The notes beneath the pieces were generated by a model that saw only the letters and a list, made by a program, of their open reading frames with translations, was not told the origin of the DNA and ran no database searches. Made by a program: the position numbers and the translations under genes. This document shows, in pieces, positions 1 to 9,375 of a stretch of DNA of 64,000 nt. Each line of letters opens with the position of its first letter. The stretch's first letter is position 1. The DNA lies in contig JBBKXU010000316.1 of NCBI GenBank assembly GCA_037969645.1, positions 1,292 to 65,291 on the forward strand. Direction: 5' to 3'. The stretch is from Ferruginibacter sp. (GTDB taxonomy: Bacteria > Bacteroidota > Bacteroidia > Chitinophagales > Chitinophagaceae).

Positions 1-688
1 AATCTCTAACACCTTTGATGGTTTCATAAACCGTTAAAATATTATTGCCGTCAATTTGTATGCCTTCAATACCATAGCCAATAGCTTTATCTACTAAATT
101 TTTACAGCGGTACTGTTCACTCACCGGTGTACTTAAACCATAACCATTATTTTCAATAATAAAAATTACGGGCAGATCCCAGACTGCTGCAATGTTTAAC
201 GCTTCATGAAAATCGCCTTCGCTGGTGCCACCATCGCCGGTAAAAGCCAATGATACTTTTTGTTCGTTACGCAATTTATAAGCAAGCGCTACGCCGTCAG
301 CAATAGCCATTTGCGGACCAAGATGCGATATCATGCCGCAGATATGATGTTCTTTAGTACCAAAATGAAAACTTCTTTCCCTCCCTTTACTATATCCTTC
401 TTTATAGCCCTGCCACTGCATAAATAATTTACTTAAAGGCATTTTGCGGCCGGTAAATACACCGAGGTTGCGATGTAACGGCATAATCCACTCGTCGGGC
501 TGCATGGCCATGGTTGCTCCTACGGAAATAGCTTCTTGTCCGATGCCACTAAACCATTTGCTTATTTTTCCCTGACGCAGTAAAACGAGCATTTTCTCCT
601 CTATCATACGAGGTAAAAGAATGCTTTTATAAATCGATATTAGTTCTGTATTGGTTAGGTCTTTTCTGTGAAATTGCATACTACTCAT
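1..688 (-). CDS. 2-oxoacid (branched-chain type) dehydrogenase E1 alpha(/beta fusion), N-terminal part; runs off the window edge
   Basis: Not in the ORF track. Manual translation gives MSSMQFHRKDL...PRMIEEKMLVLLRQGKISKWFSGIGQEA...GMISHLG...FTGDGGTSEGDFHEALNIAAVWDLPVIFIIENNGYG, which contains the TPP-binding GDG...NN motif. Alternative start at 679. Confidence 0.9.
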   Translation of the reverse strand, partial: MSSMQFHRKDLTNTELISIYKSILLPRMIEEKMLVLLRQGKISKWFSGIGQEAISVGATMAMQPDEWIMPLHRNLGVFTGRKMPLSKLFMQWQGYKEGYSKGRERSFHFGTKEHHICGMISHLGPQMAIADGVALAYKLRNEQKVSLAFTGDGGTSEGDFHEALNIAAVWDLPVIFIIENNGYGLSTPVSEQYRCKNLVDKAIGYGIEGIQIDGNNILTVYETIKGVRD

Positions 689-696
689 TTGGTGTA

Positions 697-704
697 CAAA
701 AGTA
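697..704 (-). promoter_or_regulatory. Bacteroidota -7 promoter box TACTTTTG upstream of the E1 gene
   Basis: Matches the TAnnTTTG consensus just upstream of the start codon. Confidence 0.6.
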
Positions 705-766
705 ATTGATTTGAAAGAGCCATACGGAAACTCAAAAAATAAAATGAGGAACAGTAACAAACTTGG

Positions 767-837
767 ACTGTCAGGGTGAGTTTGTCGAAGCCGGCGTGCC
801 CGCATCACCCCACCTTCGACAAGCTCAGGCTGACAGT
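767..837. repeat. REP-like palindromic element (ACTGTCAGGGTGAGTTTGTCGAAG...CTTCGACAAGCTCAGGCTGACAGT)
   Basis: 24-nt inverted arms with 3 mismatches in an intergenic region. Resembles the dispersed 'CTTCGACAAGCTCAG' repeat I recall from Bacteroidota. Confidence 0.8.
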
Positions 838-994
838 TTTCTGAATTCAAAAGGAATAGTAATATTTATAAACTGCAATACATACTGGGTGAAAATGCCT
901 TTTGACTTGGTGAAATTTTTCTTTTATTTTTCTTTAACATTTAAAGTTTGTGCATAGCTTACAAAGACTGCATCTTAGCTGTAAACTATCAATT

Positions 995-2164
995 ATGAAT
1001 AAAAAATCAATACTACCAGTAACCGGCCTCATGCTATTAATAGCAATCGTTTTTAGTGCCTTTAGCAATCCCTCATCTCCCAAAAAACAAAAAAACATAG
1101 TGGTACAGCCTAAAATACAGGCGGCTATTTTATTAGATGTTAGCGGCAGCATGAACGGATTGATTGAGCAAGCCAAAGCACAACTGTGGAATATGGTTAA
1201 CACCATGGGTAAGGCAAAATGTGATAACGACGTAAGCCCAAAAATAGAAATTGCCCTATACGAATATGGCAGAACCACAAACGATGTAAAAGCCGGTTAT
1301 GTAAAAAAGATAAATGGTTTTATTAACGATCTTGATTCTTTATCGCAAAACCTGTTTAGTTTAAAAACAGATGGAGGTGATGAATATTGCGGGCAGGTGA
1401 TATTTACTTCTTTACAAGAACTGCAATGGGACCCATCGCCCGAAAGTTATAAAGTGATCTTTATTGCCGGCAACGAAGATTTTTTACAAGGCGGCCTGCA
1501 TTATACAAAAGCTTGCACCGAAGCAAAAAACAAAGGCGTTATTGTAAACACTATTTATTGCGGCGACAGAATGCAAGGCATAAGGGAGCATTGGAACTTA
1601 GCTGGAGAGTGTGGCAACGGTAGTTATACCAACATTAATCAAAATGCAAAGGAAGAGCAAATACCGACGCCGTACGACAGTATAATTTTCTCGATGAACA
1701 GCAAACTAAACAATACTTATATAGCGTATGGATATGGCGGAAAGTCGTACCTGGCAAAGCAGGCACAAATGGATAATGCCAATACCAGCATGAGCAAATC
1801 GGCCGGACTAAAACGAATACAAACGAAAAGTAACGGGGCGGTTTATAATAATGCCCAGTGGGATTTGGTTGATGCAAAAGAGAAAGAAGGTGATGGCTTT
1901 TTAGATAAAATTGATAAAAAAGAACTGCCCGACAGTTTAAAAAACAAAAGCACAGCCGAGCTCAAAAAAATAGTAAATGAAAAAAGTAAAGAACGCAGTG
2001 CAGTGCAAACAGAAATAAAAAATTTAAATACACAAAGAGATGCCTTTATAGCCGCTGAAAAAGCAAAGAACGCAACGAATAAAAACAGTGCGGCTACTTT
2101 AGAAACTGAGGTTGAAAAGATTATTAAGGAACAGGCTAAGCGGTTTAATATGGTTATTCACTAA
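995..2164 (+). CDS. Exported/membrane-anchored von Willebrand factor A (vWA) domain protein
   Basis: N-terminal hydrophobic segment, MIDAS motif ILLDVSGS and a helical/coiled C-terminus. ATG at 995 preferred over the ORF-track start at 950. Confidence 0.8.
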   Translation: MNKKSILPVTGLMLLIAIVFSAFSNPSSPKKQKNIVVQPKIQAAILLDVSGSMNGLIEQAKAQLWNMVNTMGKAKCDNDVSPKIEIALYEYGRTTNDVKAGYVKKINGFINDLDSLSQNLFSLKTDGGDEYCGQVIFTSLQELQWDPSPESYKVIFIAGNEDFLQGGLHYTKACTEAKNKGVIVNTIYCGDRMQGIREHWNLAGECGNGSYTNINQNAKEEQIPTPYDSIIFSMNSKLNNTYIAYGYGGKSYLAKQAQMDNANTSMSKSAGLKRIQTKSNGAVYNNAQWDLVDAKEKEGDGFLDKIDKKELPDSLKNKSTAELKKIVNEKSKERSAVQTEIKNLNTQRDAFIAAEKAKNATNKNSAATLETEVEKIIKEQAKRFNMVIH

Positions 2165-2185
2165 GCGACACAGGGGATGATTTTG

Positions 2186-2560
2186 TTATTTAATATCGTC
2201 CCCAACTTTTTTCTTTTCATCGGGAAACGCCTTTTTATGTACCAGTGAATTGAAGAAAGAAAGTAATGCGCCAAATAATAATGCATGCCAGAAGCTGTCT
2301 ACTTTAAAGCCGTGTACAAAATACGCATCTATCAAAATGATACTGGCATTTATTATAAAGAGAAACAGACCAAGAGTTAAAATGGTGGCCGGCAATGTGA
2401 ATAATATCAACAATGGCTTTACCGTAGCATCGAGTAGTGATAATACTATTGCAACAATTACAGCTGTGGCAAAATCAGTTATCTCTATACCGGGTAAAAT
2501 CATCTCCAGTATAAAAACATTTACCGAGCAAACCAATACTTTAAAAAACCATTTTTTCAT
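2186..2560 (-). CDS. Phage-holin-family (YvlD/DUF360-like) 4-TM membrane protein
   Basis: VKPLLILFTLPATILTLGLFLFIINA...GFKVDSFWHALL signature. Confidence 0.85.
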   Translation of the reverse strand: MKKWFFKVLVCSVNVFILEMILPGIEITDFATAVIVAIVLSLLDATVKPLLILFTLPATILTLGLFLFIINASIILIDAYFVHGFKVDSFWHALLFGALLSFFNSLVHKKAFPDEKKKVGDDIK

Positions 2561-2588
2561 AACGCCAATTTCTTTGAATGATGCCCGA

Positions 2589-3866
2589 TTAAATTACAAC
2601 TAATTCGTAAAATTCCTCAGGATTTAAGTATTTTTTTGCAAGTTCTCTTAATTCTTCCGCCGTAATTGTTTTGATTGTTTCTATTGAACGGTAAAAATAA
2701 TCATCGGTAAGATTATTGAGTATCAGGTTTTTCCAGCGGCCCATAATATGAAATGGACCATCCAGATCGCCCAAGATAGTGCCAATTAAATAATTGCGAA
2801 CCAACAGTAACTCCTCGTCATCAACCAGGTCTTCTCTTAAAATCTTCATCTCCTTATATACTTCTTCAATAGTTGCTTCGCAAACATCTTTACCGGCTTC
2901 GGTGCTTATCATCCATGCCGAATCATGCACATGATTTTGCACATAACTGTGTATGCCATAGGTGTAACCTTTGTCCTCACGAATATTGCTCATGAGTCTG
3001 CTGCCGAAAAACCCGCCAAACAAAGCATTCAGCACCATCACTTTCATAAAATCGGGATGATGCCGGTTATGGAATGGCCTTGCAATACGGATAGAACCCT
3101 GCACGCCATTTTCATCATTTTGTATGCGATACTTTTTTTCTGTTGCTGCTGTTTGGTCTATTGTGGCAAGTTGATTGTTAAACGGCTTTAAAGACAGATC
3201 GCCAAATACATTATTCAGTTGCTCTTCAATATTAGCAGGTAATTTGCCGCTTGCAAAAATCATACACTGTCCGTTAAGGTAATGCTGCTTAAAATAATCT
3301 TTAAGAAGGCTGCTGTTTAAAGCATCAAGATCTTCGGGATTGGTGTATTTGCCGTAAGGATGTTCTTCTCCATACAAATAAGCATCAATTAAACGAGTGG
3401 CTACAAAATCACTTTTTTGCAAATTAACTTTAAGCCGTTGTTTGGAGTTTTGTTTGTAAATATCCAACTCTGCATCACTAAAAACCGAATCGGTTATCAT
3501 CTCCCTCACAACAGGCAGCAATGCTGGTAATTGTTTACTTAAGGTAGATAGCGAAACAACGGCAGTTTCGTTATAACATGCCCTGTTACAATAAGCTCCA
3601 TAATATTCAAACTCTTCACTTAACTGAAATGCCGATTTATTAGAAGTGCCATTCTTTAACAGATAATTAGTGGCCGGCGCTATATTCCTTTGCTGCTCAA
3701 ACCAATTGCCGGCGTAAAAAACGAGCTCTATCTGAACTACATCCTGTGCGCCGGCATCAACAGTATACACGGGTACACCATTATGTAAAGTAAATTGCCT
3801 GTATGGTTTAAGCTGAAGGTTAAATTCTATGGCGTCTTTTATATGTGGGGCTGTTTTTCTGTTCAT
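2589..3866 (-). CDS. M16 (insulinase) family peptidase, non-catalytic partner subunit
   Basis: SRLMSNIREDKGYTY motif, no HxxEH. Start MNRKTAP at 3866. Confidence 0.9.
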   Translation of the reverse strand: MNRKTAPHIKDAIEFNLQLKPYRQFTLHNGVPVYTVDAGAQDVVQIELVFYAGNWFEQQRNIAPATNYLLKNGTSNKSAFQLSEEFEYYGAYCNRACYNETAVVSLSTLSKQLPALLPVVREMITDSVFSDAELDIYKQNSKQRLKVNLQKSDFVATRLIDAYLYGEEHPYGKYTNPEDLDALNSSLLKDYFKQHYLNGQCMIFASGKLPANIEEQLNNVFGDLSLKPFNNQLATIDQTAATEKKYRIQNDENGVQGSIRIARPFHNRHHPDFMKVMVLNALFGGFFGSRLMSNIREDKGYTYGIHSYVQNHVHDSAWMISTEAGKDVCEATIEEVYKEMKILREDLVDDEELLLVRNYLIGTILGDLDGPFHIMGRWKNLILNNLTDDYFYRSIETIKTITAEELRELAKKYLNPEEFYELVVI

Positions 3867-3873
3867 GTATTGT

Positions 3874-5112
3874 TTAGTTATTGGAATAATAATACAGCGT
3901 ATTAGAATTCTTCTCGTCAAAAATTATCTTACTTTCCTTTTGTATTTCATCTGCTGTAACAGCTTGATATCTTTCCAGTTCCTTATTAATTAATTCAGCA
4001 TCGCCTAGTAACTCGTAAATGGCCAAACTGGCTGCCCTGTTGGTTATGCTCATATCTTCAAAGGCAATCATACTCTCCGTCTTGTTCTTCACTTTGTCTA
4101 GTTCTCGTTGGCTAATGCCATCCTGCTGCAATTTTACCAGTTCTTCATTAACGGCAGCCTCTGCATCTTCCATCTTTACTCCTTTAACCAATTTCCCTTC
4201 TATTGTCAATAAGCCTGCATCGTTACTGCCCAAATGATAACATTCAATATTGCTAAACAATTGTTTTTCTTTTACCAGTGATTGAAACAAACGTGATGAT
4301 CCTCCACCACTTAAAACTTCCGTAATCAAGTCAGCTGTATAATAACGCATATCGTTACGTGGATAAATATGCCAGCATTTATACAATGCATCCAAAGGCA
4401 CATTTGCTTTTATAGTATTTGACTTAGCGGCGGTTTGTTTCGGCTCTACCGGCAGGTTACGTGTATATTTTTCTCCCGTGGGGATAGGAGCAAACCATTT
4501 ATCGGTAAGCCGTTTCACTTCTTCAACAGTTACGTTACCCGCAACTACCAAAATAGCATTGCTTGGGTTGTAATGTTTGTTAAAAAAAGCCTTTACATCA
4601 TCCAATGTAGCATTTTCAATATGGCTTAACTCAGCGCCAATGGTCATCCATTTATATGGATGAGCGGTGTATGTAAGCTCTCTCAATTTATGCCAAACAT
4701 CGCCGTAAGGCTTATTTATATAATGTTCCTTAAATTCTTCGCAAACAACTTTGCGTTGTACTTCCAGGCTTTTTTTACTGAAGGCAAGCGATAGCATACG
4801 GTCACTTTCGAGCCAAAAAGCGGTTTCCAGATTTTCGGCAGGCAGCTGACAATAATAATTGGTAAGGTCGTTTGTAGTAAACGCATTGTTTTCGCCGCCG
4901 GCAAGCTGCAGTGGCTCATCATATACCGGTATGTTAATGCTGCCGCCAAACATCAGATGCTCAAATAAATGAGCAAAACCGGTTTTTGTTGGGTCTTCAT
5001 CACGGGCACCAACATCATACAACACGTTAACAACCGCCATGGGCGTGCTTTTATCCTCATGAACCAGCACTCTTAAACCGTTGGCTATTTCAAATTTCTC
5101 AAACTTAATCAT
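3874..5112 (-). CDS. M16 (pitrilysin/insulinase) zinc peptidase, catalytic subunit
   Basis: GFAHLFEHLMF (HxxEH), NAFT and ESDRM motifs. Confidence 0.95.
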   Translation of the reverse strand: MIKFEKFEIANGLRVLVHEDKSTPMAVVNVLYDVGARDEDPTKTGFAHLFEHLMFGGSINIPVYDEPLQLAGGENNAFTTNDLTNYYCQLPAENLETAFWLESDRMLSLAFSKKSLEVQRKVVCEEFKEHYINKPYGDVWHKLRELTYTAHPYKWMTIGAELSHIENATLDDVKAFFNKHYNPSNAILVVAGNVTVEEVKRLTDKWFAPIPTGEKYTRNLPVEPKQTAAKSNTIKANVPLDALYKCWHIYPRNDMRYYTADLITEVLSGGGSSRLFQSLVKEKQLFSNIECYHLGSNDAGLLTIEGKLVKGVKMEDAEAAVNEELVKLQQDGISQRELDKVKNKTESMIAFEDMSITNRAASLAIYELLGDAELINKELERYQAVTADEIQKESKIIFDEKNSNTLYYYSNN

Positions 5113-5115
5113 GTG

Positions 5116-5123
5116 CAAATGTA
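5116..5123 (-). promoter_or_regulatory. -7 promoter box TACATTTG, 3 nt before the M16 ATG
   Basis: TAnnTTTG consensus. Confidence 0.55.
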
Positions 5124-5150
5124 CGGAGGAGAATAAAACCGAAGCGAAGT

Positions 5151-6338
5151 TTAACGGATACTTACTGTATTCATAGTTAGTTCTTTTAAAACACCGTCCC
5201 TTTTAACTAACACCTTAACAGATTCATACGGCCTCTGCAGCATAGCTTTGTATATCTGCATGTTCAGCGAAAAATTTTTATTTACAGCAATCACTTCATC
5301 ATTTACTTTAAAATGCGCTTTATCGGCCGGAGACCCTTCAATTACATCTTCCACAATTATTTTGCCGTTAACGAAATAGATACCCAGGCCAGTGTAGGCA
5401 TAGTCGAAATCTTCTTTAAAATGACTGTTGGGTAATAAGTGAATTTCCCTGTTGGGGTAATTTATAATCATATTAAACCGCCGCAACAGGTCGTTGCCAA
5501 TAAGTCCGCCGGTAAAGGGATAAGAGGTAACATTATAATCATCTTTATACAAATAAGTGGGTACCGATTTGAACTTGTAGGGACCAATTTTTACTTCTTT
5601 TATGAGTGTTAGCCGCATTTGTAGTTTGCCTGCCATCCCTTCGGCCTGCGTTATCACAGGTCTTCTTCTTCGCAGCAAAATAGAGCTGTCCCTGGCAAAC
5701 TTATCGCTCAGTAACAAACACAAACCTGCACCGGTGTCGAAATAATAATTGAATCCTAATTTTTTTTTGTCCTTTATGTTAAGCCACTGAATGGGTAAAT
5801 TGGTGAAAGCAGGATGCAGCGTATGTCCATCATTTGGATAGTCAATTCTTCCGGGGCTGTATACTTCTATAAAGCTACTGTCGAAATTTATTTTTACAAT
5901 ATAACGGCTGAAAAAACTATAACCGATAATACCGTCCACTTTTTCGCCATACACACTGCTGAGCACTTCATAATCATTTACATGAAAGTTGAGATGATCT
6001 AATTTTAACCCGGGAAAATTCAGGGCTTTATCAAAAGCAAAAGAAACTTTTCTAATTCCTCCAATTCCGGTAATCGTGGTATCGCTTGGTCTGGTTTCTA
6101 TATTAAACTCTGCACAAGTGGCCGAATCAAGTGAAATGCCACCGCTGCCAGTATCTAAAATAAAATTGAGTGTATCAGGTATATTCTCAAACTGAGCCTT
6201 AAGCACCATCACGCCGCCACTAAATGACCTGAAAGGGAAACGGGTTATAAATTTTGCTTCATGCTGTGGCAATATCTCCTGTGCTTGCACATCTGCAAGG
6301 GCAAATAAAAATAATATGATTAAATAAACTCTTCTCAT
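5151..6338 (-). CDS. Exported aspartyl protease (two retropepsin-like lobes) with C-terminal PDZ domain
   Basis: Signal peptide, ILDTGS and YFDTGA motifs, GIIGYSF/GLIGNDL, and PDZ segment GLGI...VIEGSPADKA. Confidence 0.88.
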   Translation of the reverse strand: MRRVYLIILFLFALADVQAQEILPQHEAKFITRFPFRSFSGGVMVLKAQFENIPDTLNFILDTGSGGISLDSATCAEFNIETRPSDTTITGIGGIRKVSFAFDKALNFPGLKLDHLNFHVNDYEVLSSVYGEKVDGIIGYSFFSRYIVKINFDSSFIEVYSPGRIDYPNDGHTLHPAFTNLPIQWLNIKDKKKLGFNYYFDTGAGLCLLLSDKFARDSSILLRRRRPVITQAEGMAGKLQMRLTLIKEVKIGPYKFKSVPTYLYKDDYNVTSYPFTGGLIGNDLLRRFNMIINYPNREIHLLPNSHFKEDFDYAYTGLGIYFVNGKIIVEDVIEGSPADKAHFKVNDEVIAVNKNFSLNMQIYKAMLQRPYESVKVLVKRDGVLKELTMNTVSIR

Positions 6339-6372
6339 GCTATACCAATTCGAATTTACAACCTATTGGATG

Positions 6373-6380
6373 TACTTTTG
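6373..6380 (+). promoter_or_regulatory. -7 promoter box TACTTTTG upstream of mqnC
   Basis: TAnnTTTG consensus. Confidence 0.6.
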
Positions 6381-6406
6381 CTGTTTATTACACAAAAGGA
6401 GTAAGG

Positions 6407-7531
6407 ATGAATTTGAATGATTTATATCAGAAAGCGCTTCGCTTTGAATTTCTTACAGTAGAAGAAGGCATGTTTATGTTTGAAAATGCTGCATTAAGCG
6501 AATTAATGTTTGTGGCGGATGAGTTGAGAAAGAAACAAGTACCTCACGGTAAAGTTACCTGGCAGATAGACCGCAATGTGAACACCACTAACGTATGTAT
6601 TGCCAATTGCAAGTTTTGTAATTTTTACCGCATACCCGGCCATGCCGAAGCTTATATTACCGATATTGAAACATACAAAACCAAAATTGAGGAAACAATT
6701 AAATATGGCGGTGACCAACTTTTACTGCAAGGCGGTCATCATCCAGAACTGGGATTGAGTTTTTATATAAATCTTTTTAAAGAATTAAAATCGCTTTACC
6801 CCAATATTAAGCTGCATACTTTAGGCCCGCCCGAAGTTGCCCATATCACTAAATTGGAAAAAAGCACACATCGTGAAGTATTGATGGCTTTACAAGAAGC
6901 CGGTATGGATAGTTTGCCTGGAGCCGGTGCCGAAATTTTAACCGATAGGGTTAGACGACTAATCAGCAAAGGAAAATGCGGCTCGCAAGAGTGGCTGGAT
7001 ATTATGCATGAGGCACATAAACTCAACATCACCACATCGGCCACCATGATGTTTGGCCACGTGGAAACCATACAGGAACGTTTTGAGCACTTGGTAAAAC
7101 TGAGAGAAGTACAAAGCCGCAAACCTGCAGAGGCAAAGGGTTTCCTGGCATTTATTCCGTGGACGTTTCAGGATGTAGATACACTTTTAACTAAAATACG
7201 AGGTGTACATAATTTAACCACGTCCGACGAATATATTCGCATGATTGCCATCAGCCGAATTATGCTACCTAATATTTTAAACATTCAGGCAAGCTGGTTA
7301 ACGGTAGGTAAACAGGTGGCGCAAATCTGTTTAAATGCCGGCGCAAATGATTTTGGAAGCATCATGATTGAAGAAAATGTAGTGAGTGCCGCCGGAGCTC
7401 CTCATCGTTTTACAAGCACCACCATTCAACATGCAATAAAAGAAGCAGGCTTTGAGCCACAATTAAGAAACCAACAATACGAATGGCGTGATATACCAGA
7501 AAGTATTGTTGAGCAGGTTGTAAATTATTAA
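6407..7531 (+). CDS. mqnC: Cyclic dehypoxanthinyl futalosine synthase (CofH/MqnC radical SAM)
   Basis: DRNVNTTNVCIANCKFCNFY (CxxxCxxC), LLQGG, SLPGAGAEI, ATMMFGHVET, GANDFGSIMIEENVVSAAG. Confidence 0.88.
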   Translation: MNLNDLYQKALRFEFLTVEEGMFMFENAALSELMFVADELRKKQVPHGKVTWQIDRNVNTTNVCIANCKFCNFYRIPGHAEAYITDIETYKTKIEETIKYGGDQLLLQGGHHPELGLSFYINLFKELKSLYPNIKLHTLGPPEVAHITKLEKSTHREVLMALQEAGMDSLPGAGAEILTDRVRRLISKGKCGSQEWLDIMHEAHKLNITTSATMMFGHVETIQERFEHLVKLREVQSRKPAEAKGFLAFIPWTFQDVDTLLTKIRGVHNLTTSDEYIRMIAISRIMLPNILNIQASWLTVGKQVAQICLNAGANDFGSIMIEENVVSAAGAPHRFTSTTIQHAIKEAGFEPQLRNQQYEWRDIPESIVEQVVNY

Positions 7532-7556
7532 TCACCCCCCGACCCCCTGAAGGGGA
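7532..7556. repeat. Short REP-like hairpin TCACCCCCCGACCCCCTGAAGGGGA directly after the mqnC stop
   Basis: Near-identical element at 31114-31141. Confidence 0.7.
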
Positions 7557-7566
7557 GAAATGTAAA

Positions 7567-7878
7567 ATGGAAAAAACAAACAAAAAAAAATTATTACACC
7601 GGTTCCGGATTATAGGTATTGCTGAAGGCATTTCTTTTTTAGTATTATTATTCATTGCCATGCCCATGAAATATTTTATGCAGATACCCGAAGCCGTAAA
7701 ATTTACGGGTTGGGCACATGGAGCGCTTTTTATCGCCTTTCTTTATATGGCATTTGAAGTAATGGGCAGTTTAAACAAGCCTTTTTTGTGGTTTGTTAAA
7801 GCTTTTGCTGCAGCTATCATTCCGTTTGGTACATTTATTTTCGACAGACAGTTAAAGCTGGAAGAGTCGCAGCTGTAA
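7567..7878 (+). CDS. DUF3817 family membrane protein
   Basis: FRIIGIAEGISFLVLLFIAMP...GWAHGALF...AAIIPFGTF signature. Confidence 0.9.
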   Translation: MEKTNKKKLLHRFRIIGIAEGISFLVLLFIAMPMKYFMQIPEAVKFTGWAHGALFIAFLYMAFEVMGSLNKPFLWFVKAFAAAIIPFGTFIFDRQLKLEESQL

Positions 7879-7984
7879 CTGTAAGCAGTTTAATTACTCG
7901 TGTCCTATTCCGTCTATCATTGTTTAATAACGCTTATTTAACGGCTTATCGGGTTTAATAGTTGAATAAACCCCCGATTTCTTT

Positions 7985-7992
7985 TAAATTTG
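7985..7992 (+). promoter_or_regulatory. -7 promoter box TAAATTTG upstream of the haloperoxidase-like gene
   Basis: TAnnTTTG consensus about 30 nt before the ATG. Confidence 0.55.
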
Positions 7993-8020
7993 GTAAGATT
8001 TTTTATCAAATTAAAATAAG

Positions 8021-9367
8021 ATGATTAAACAATTACATGTAAAAAGAATTCTTTTTCTATTTACCGTTCTTACCGCATTTAATTTTCAGCAGGTAAAAGC
8101 ACAAAATAAAACCGAAGCACAAGGGAAGGCTGAAATTTTACACCAGTTAAATACCCTTTTGATTAACACGGTGATGGTTGATTTCTTTACGCCGCCTGTG
8201 GCAGCCCGTATTTATTCTTACCCAAATATTGCGTTTTATGAATGTATCAGGCTTGATGATGCTACACTACCAACGATGGCTGGAAAATTAAGCGGGCTTA
8301 CGACAATTTCTGCTCCGGCAAAAACTAATGAGGTAGATAATTTTATTGCGGCTGCTATTTCATACTCTTACGTGGCACAAAGGCTTGTTGGCACCGAAAA
8401 GAATTTTGAAGACTGGCGTCAGCATTTTGTTGATTCGTTGTTGTATAAAGGAGGCAATGCCAACCATATTAAAAACTCTATACTATATGGCCTGAGAGTT
8501 GCAGATAATATTTCGGCCTGGGCAAAAAAAGATAATTACAACGAATCCCGTGGTTTACCCAGATTTACCCAAACCGGAAAAGCAGGCACCTGGCAGGCAA
8601 CACCTGCCGATTACGCCCAGGCTATTGAACCGCACTGGAATACCATGAGGCCATATACTTTAAGTTCGCCAGCACAGTTTTCTCCATCGGAAAAACTAGT
8701 GTACGACCTTAATAAAAAATCACCATTTTATAAAACAATGATGGAAGTGTATGAGATTGTAAAAAATCTGGACACCACAAAAAAAGCCATTGCAAAATAC
8801 TGGGATGACAATCCGAACGTGTCGGTTAACCTTGGCCACCTCAATTATTTTATTCATAAAATTTCACCAGGCGGCCATTGGTTGATGATAACAAAACATG
8901 CCTGCGAAGCTAAAAATGAAACTGTAAGCCGCTCTTCGCTTGCATATACACTTGCTTCAGTTGCGTTGTATGATGGATTCATTTCATGCTGGGATGAAAA
9001 ATATAAGACAGATCTTATTCGCCCCATCACAGTCATCAACGACCGGGTTGACAAAAACTGGCAGCCCTATATTCAAACGCCGCCATTTCCTGAGTTTACC
9101 AGTGGCCATGCCGTAGTTTCAAGTTCAGCAGCTACCGTATTAACTGGTTTGTTTGGCGATAATTTTGAATTTACCGATGAAACAGAAATTCCTTTCGGTA
9201 ACACTTCCCGTCATTTCAAATCATTTTACCAGGCTTCTGATGAAGTAAGCTGGAGCAGGGTTTACGGCGGCATTCATTATCCAGTAACTGCCCGTGTGAG
9301 TATTGAACAGGGAAGGGCAATCGGCAATCATGTGTTGAAAACACTGTACCCGGTAGCTATTAAATAA
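8021..9367 (+). CDS. Exported vanadium-dependent haloperoxidase / PAP2 superfamily protein
   Basis: Signal peptide, KY..LIRP, TPPFPEFTSGH and SRVYGGIHY vanadate/phosphate-binding motifs. Confidence 0.9.
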   Translation: MIKQLHVKRILFLFTVLTAFNFQQVKAQNKTEAQGKAEILHQLNTLLINTVMVDFFTPPVAARIYSYPNIAFYECIRLDDATLPTMAGKLSGLTTISAPAKTNEVDNFIAAAISYSYVAQRLVGTEKNFEDWRQHFVDSLLYKGGNANHIKNSILYGLRVADNISAWAKKDNYNESRGLPRFTQTGKAGTWQATPADYAQAIEPHWNTMRPYTLSSPAQFSPSEKLVYDLNKKSPFYKTMMEVYEIVKNLDTTKKAIAKYWDDNPNVSVNLGHLNYFIHKISPGGHWLMITKHACEAKNETVSRSSLAYTLASVALYDGFISCWDEKYKTDLIRPITVINDRVDKNWQPYIQTPPFPEFTSGHAVVSSSAATVLTGLFGDNFEFTDETEIPFGNTSRHFKSFYQASDEVSWSRVYGGIHYPVTARVSIEQGRAIGNHVLKTLYPVAIK

Positions 9368-9375
9368 ATCAAATT

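Noticed and set aside
763-957. 64-aa ORF in the ORF track
   Set aside because: Largely made of the REP-like palindrome; TTG start and no protein-like features.
2186-2560. Prophage suggested by 'phage holin' family genes (also 54069-54410)
   Set aside because: Both families are common chromosomal membrane proteins; no phage structural, lysin or integrase genes are present.
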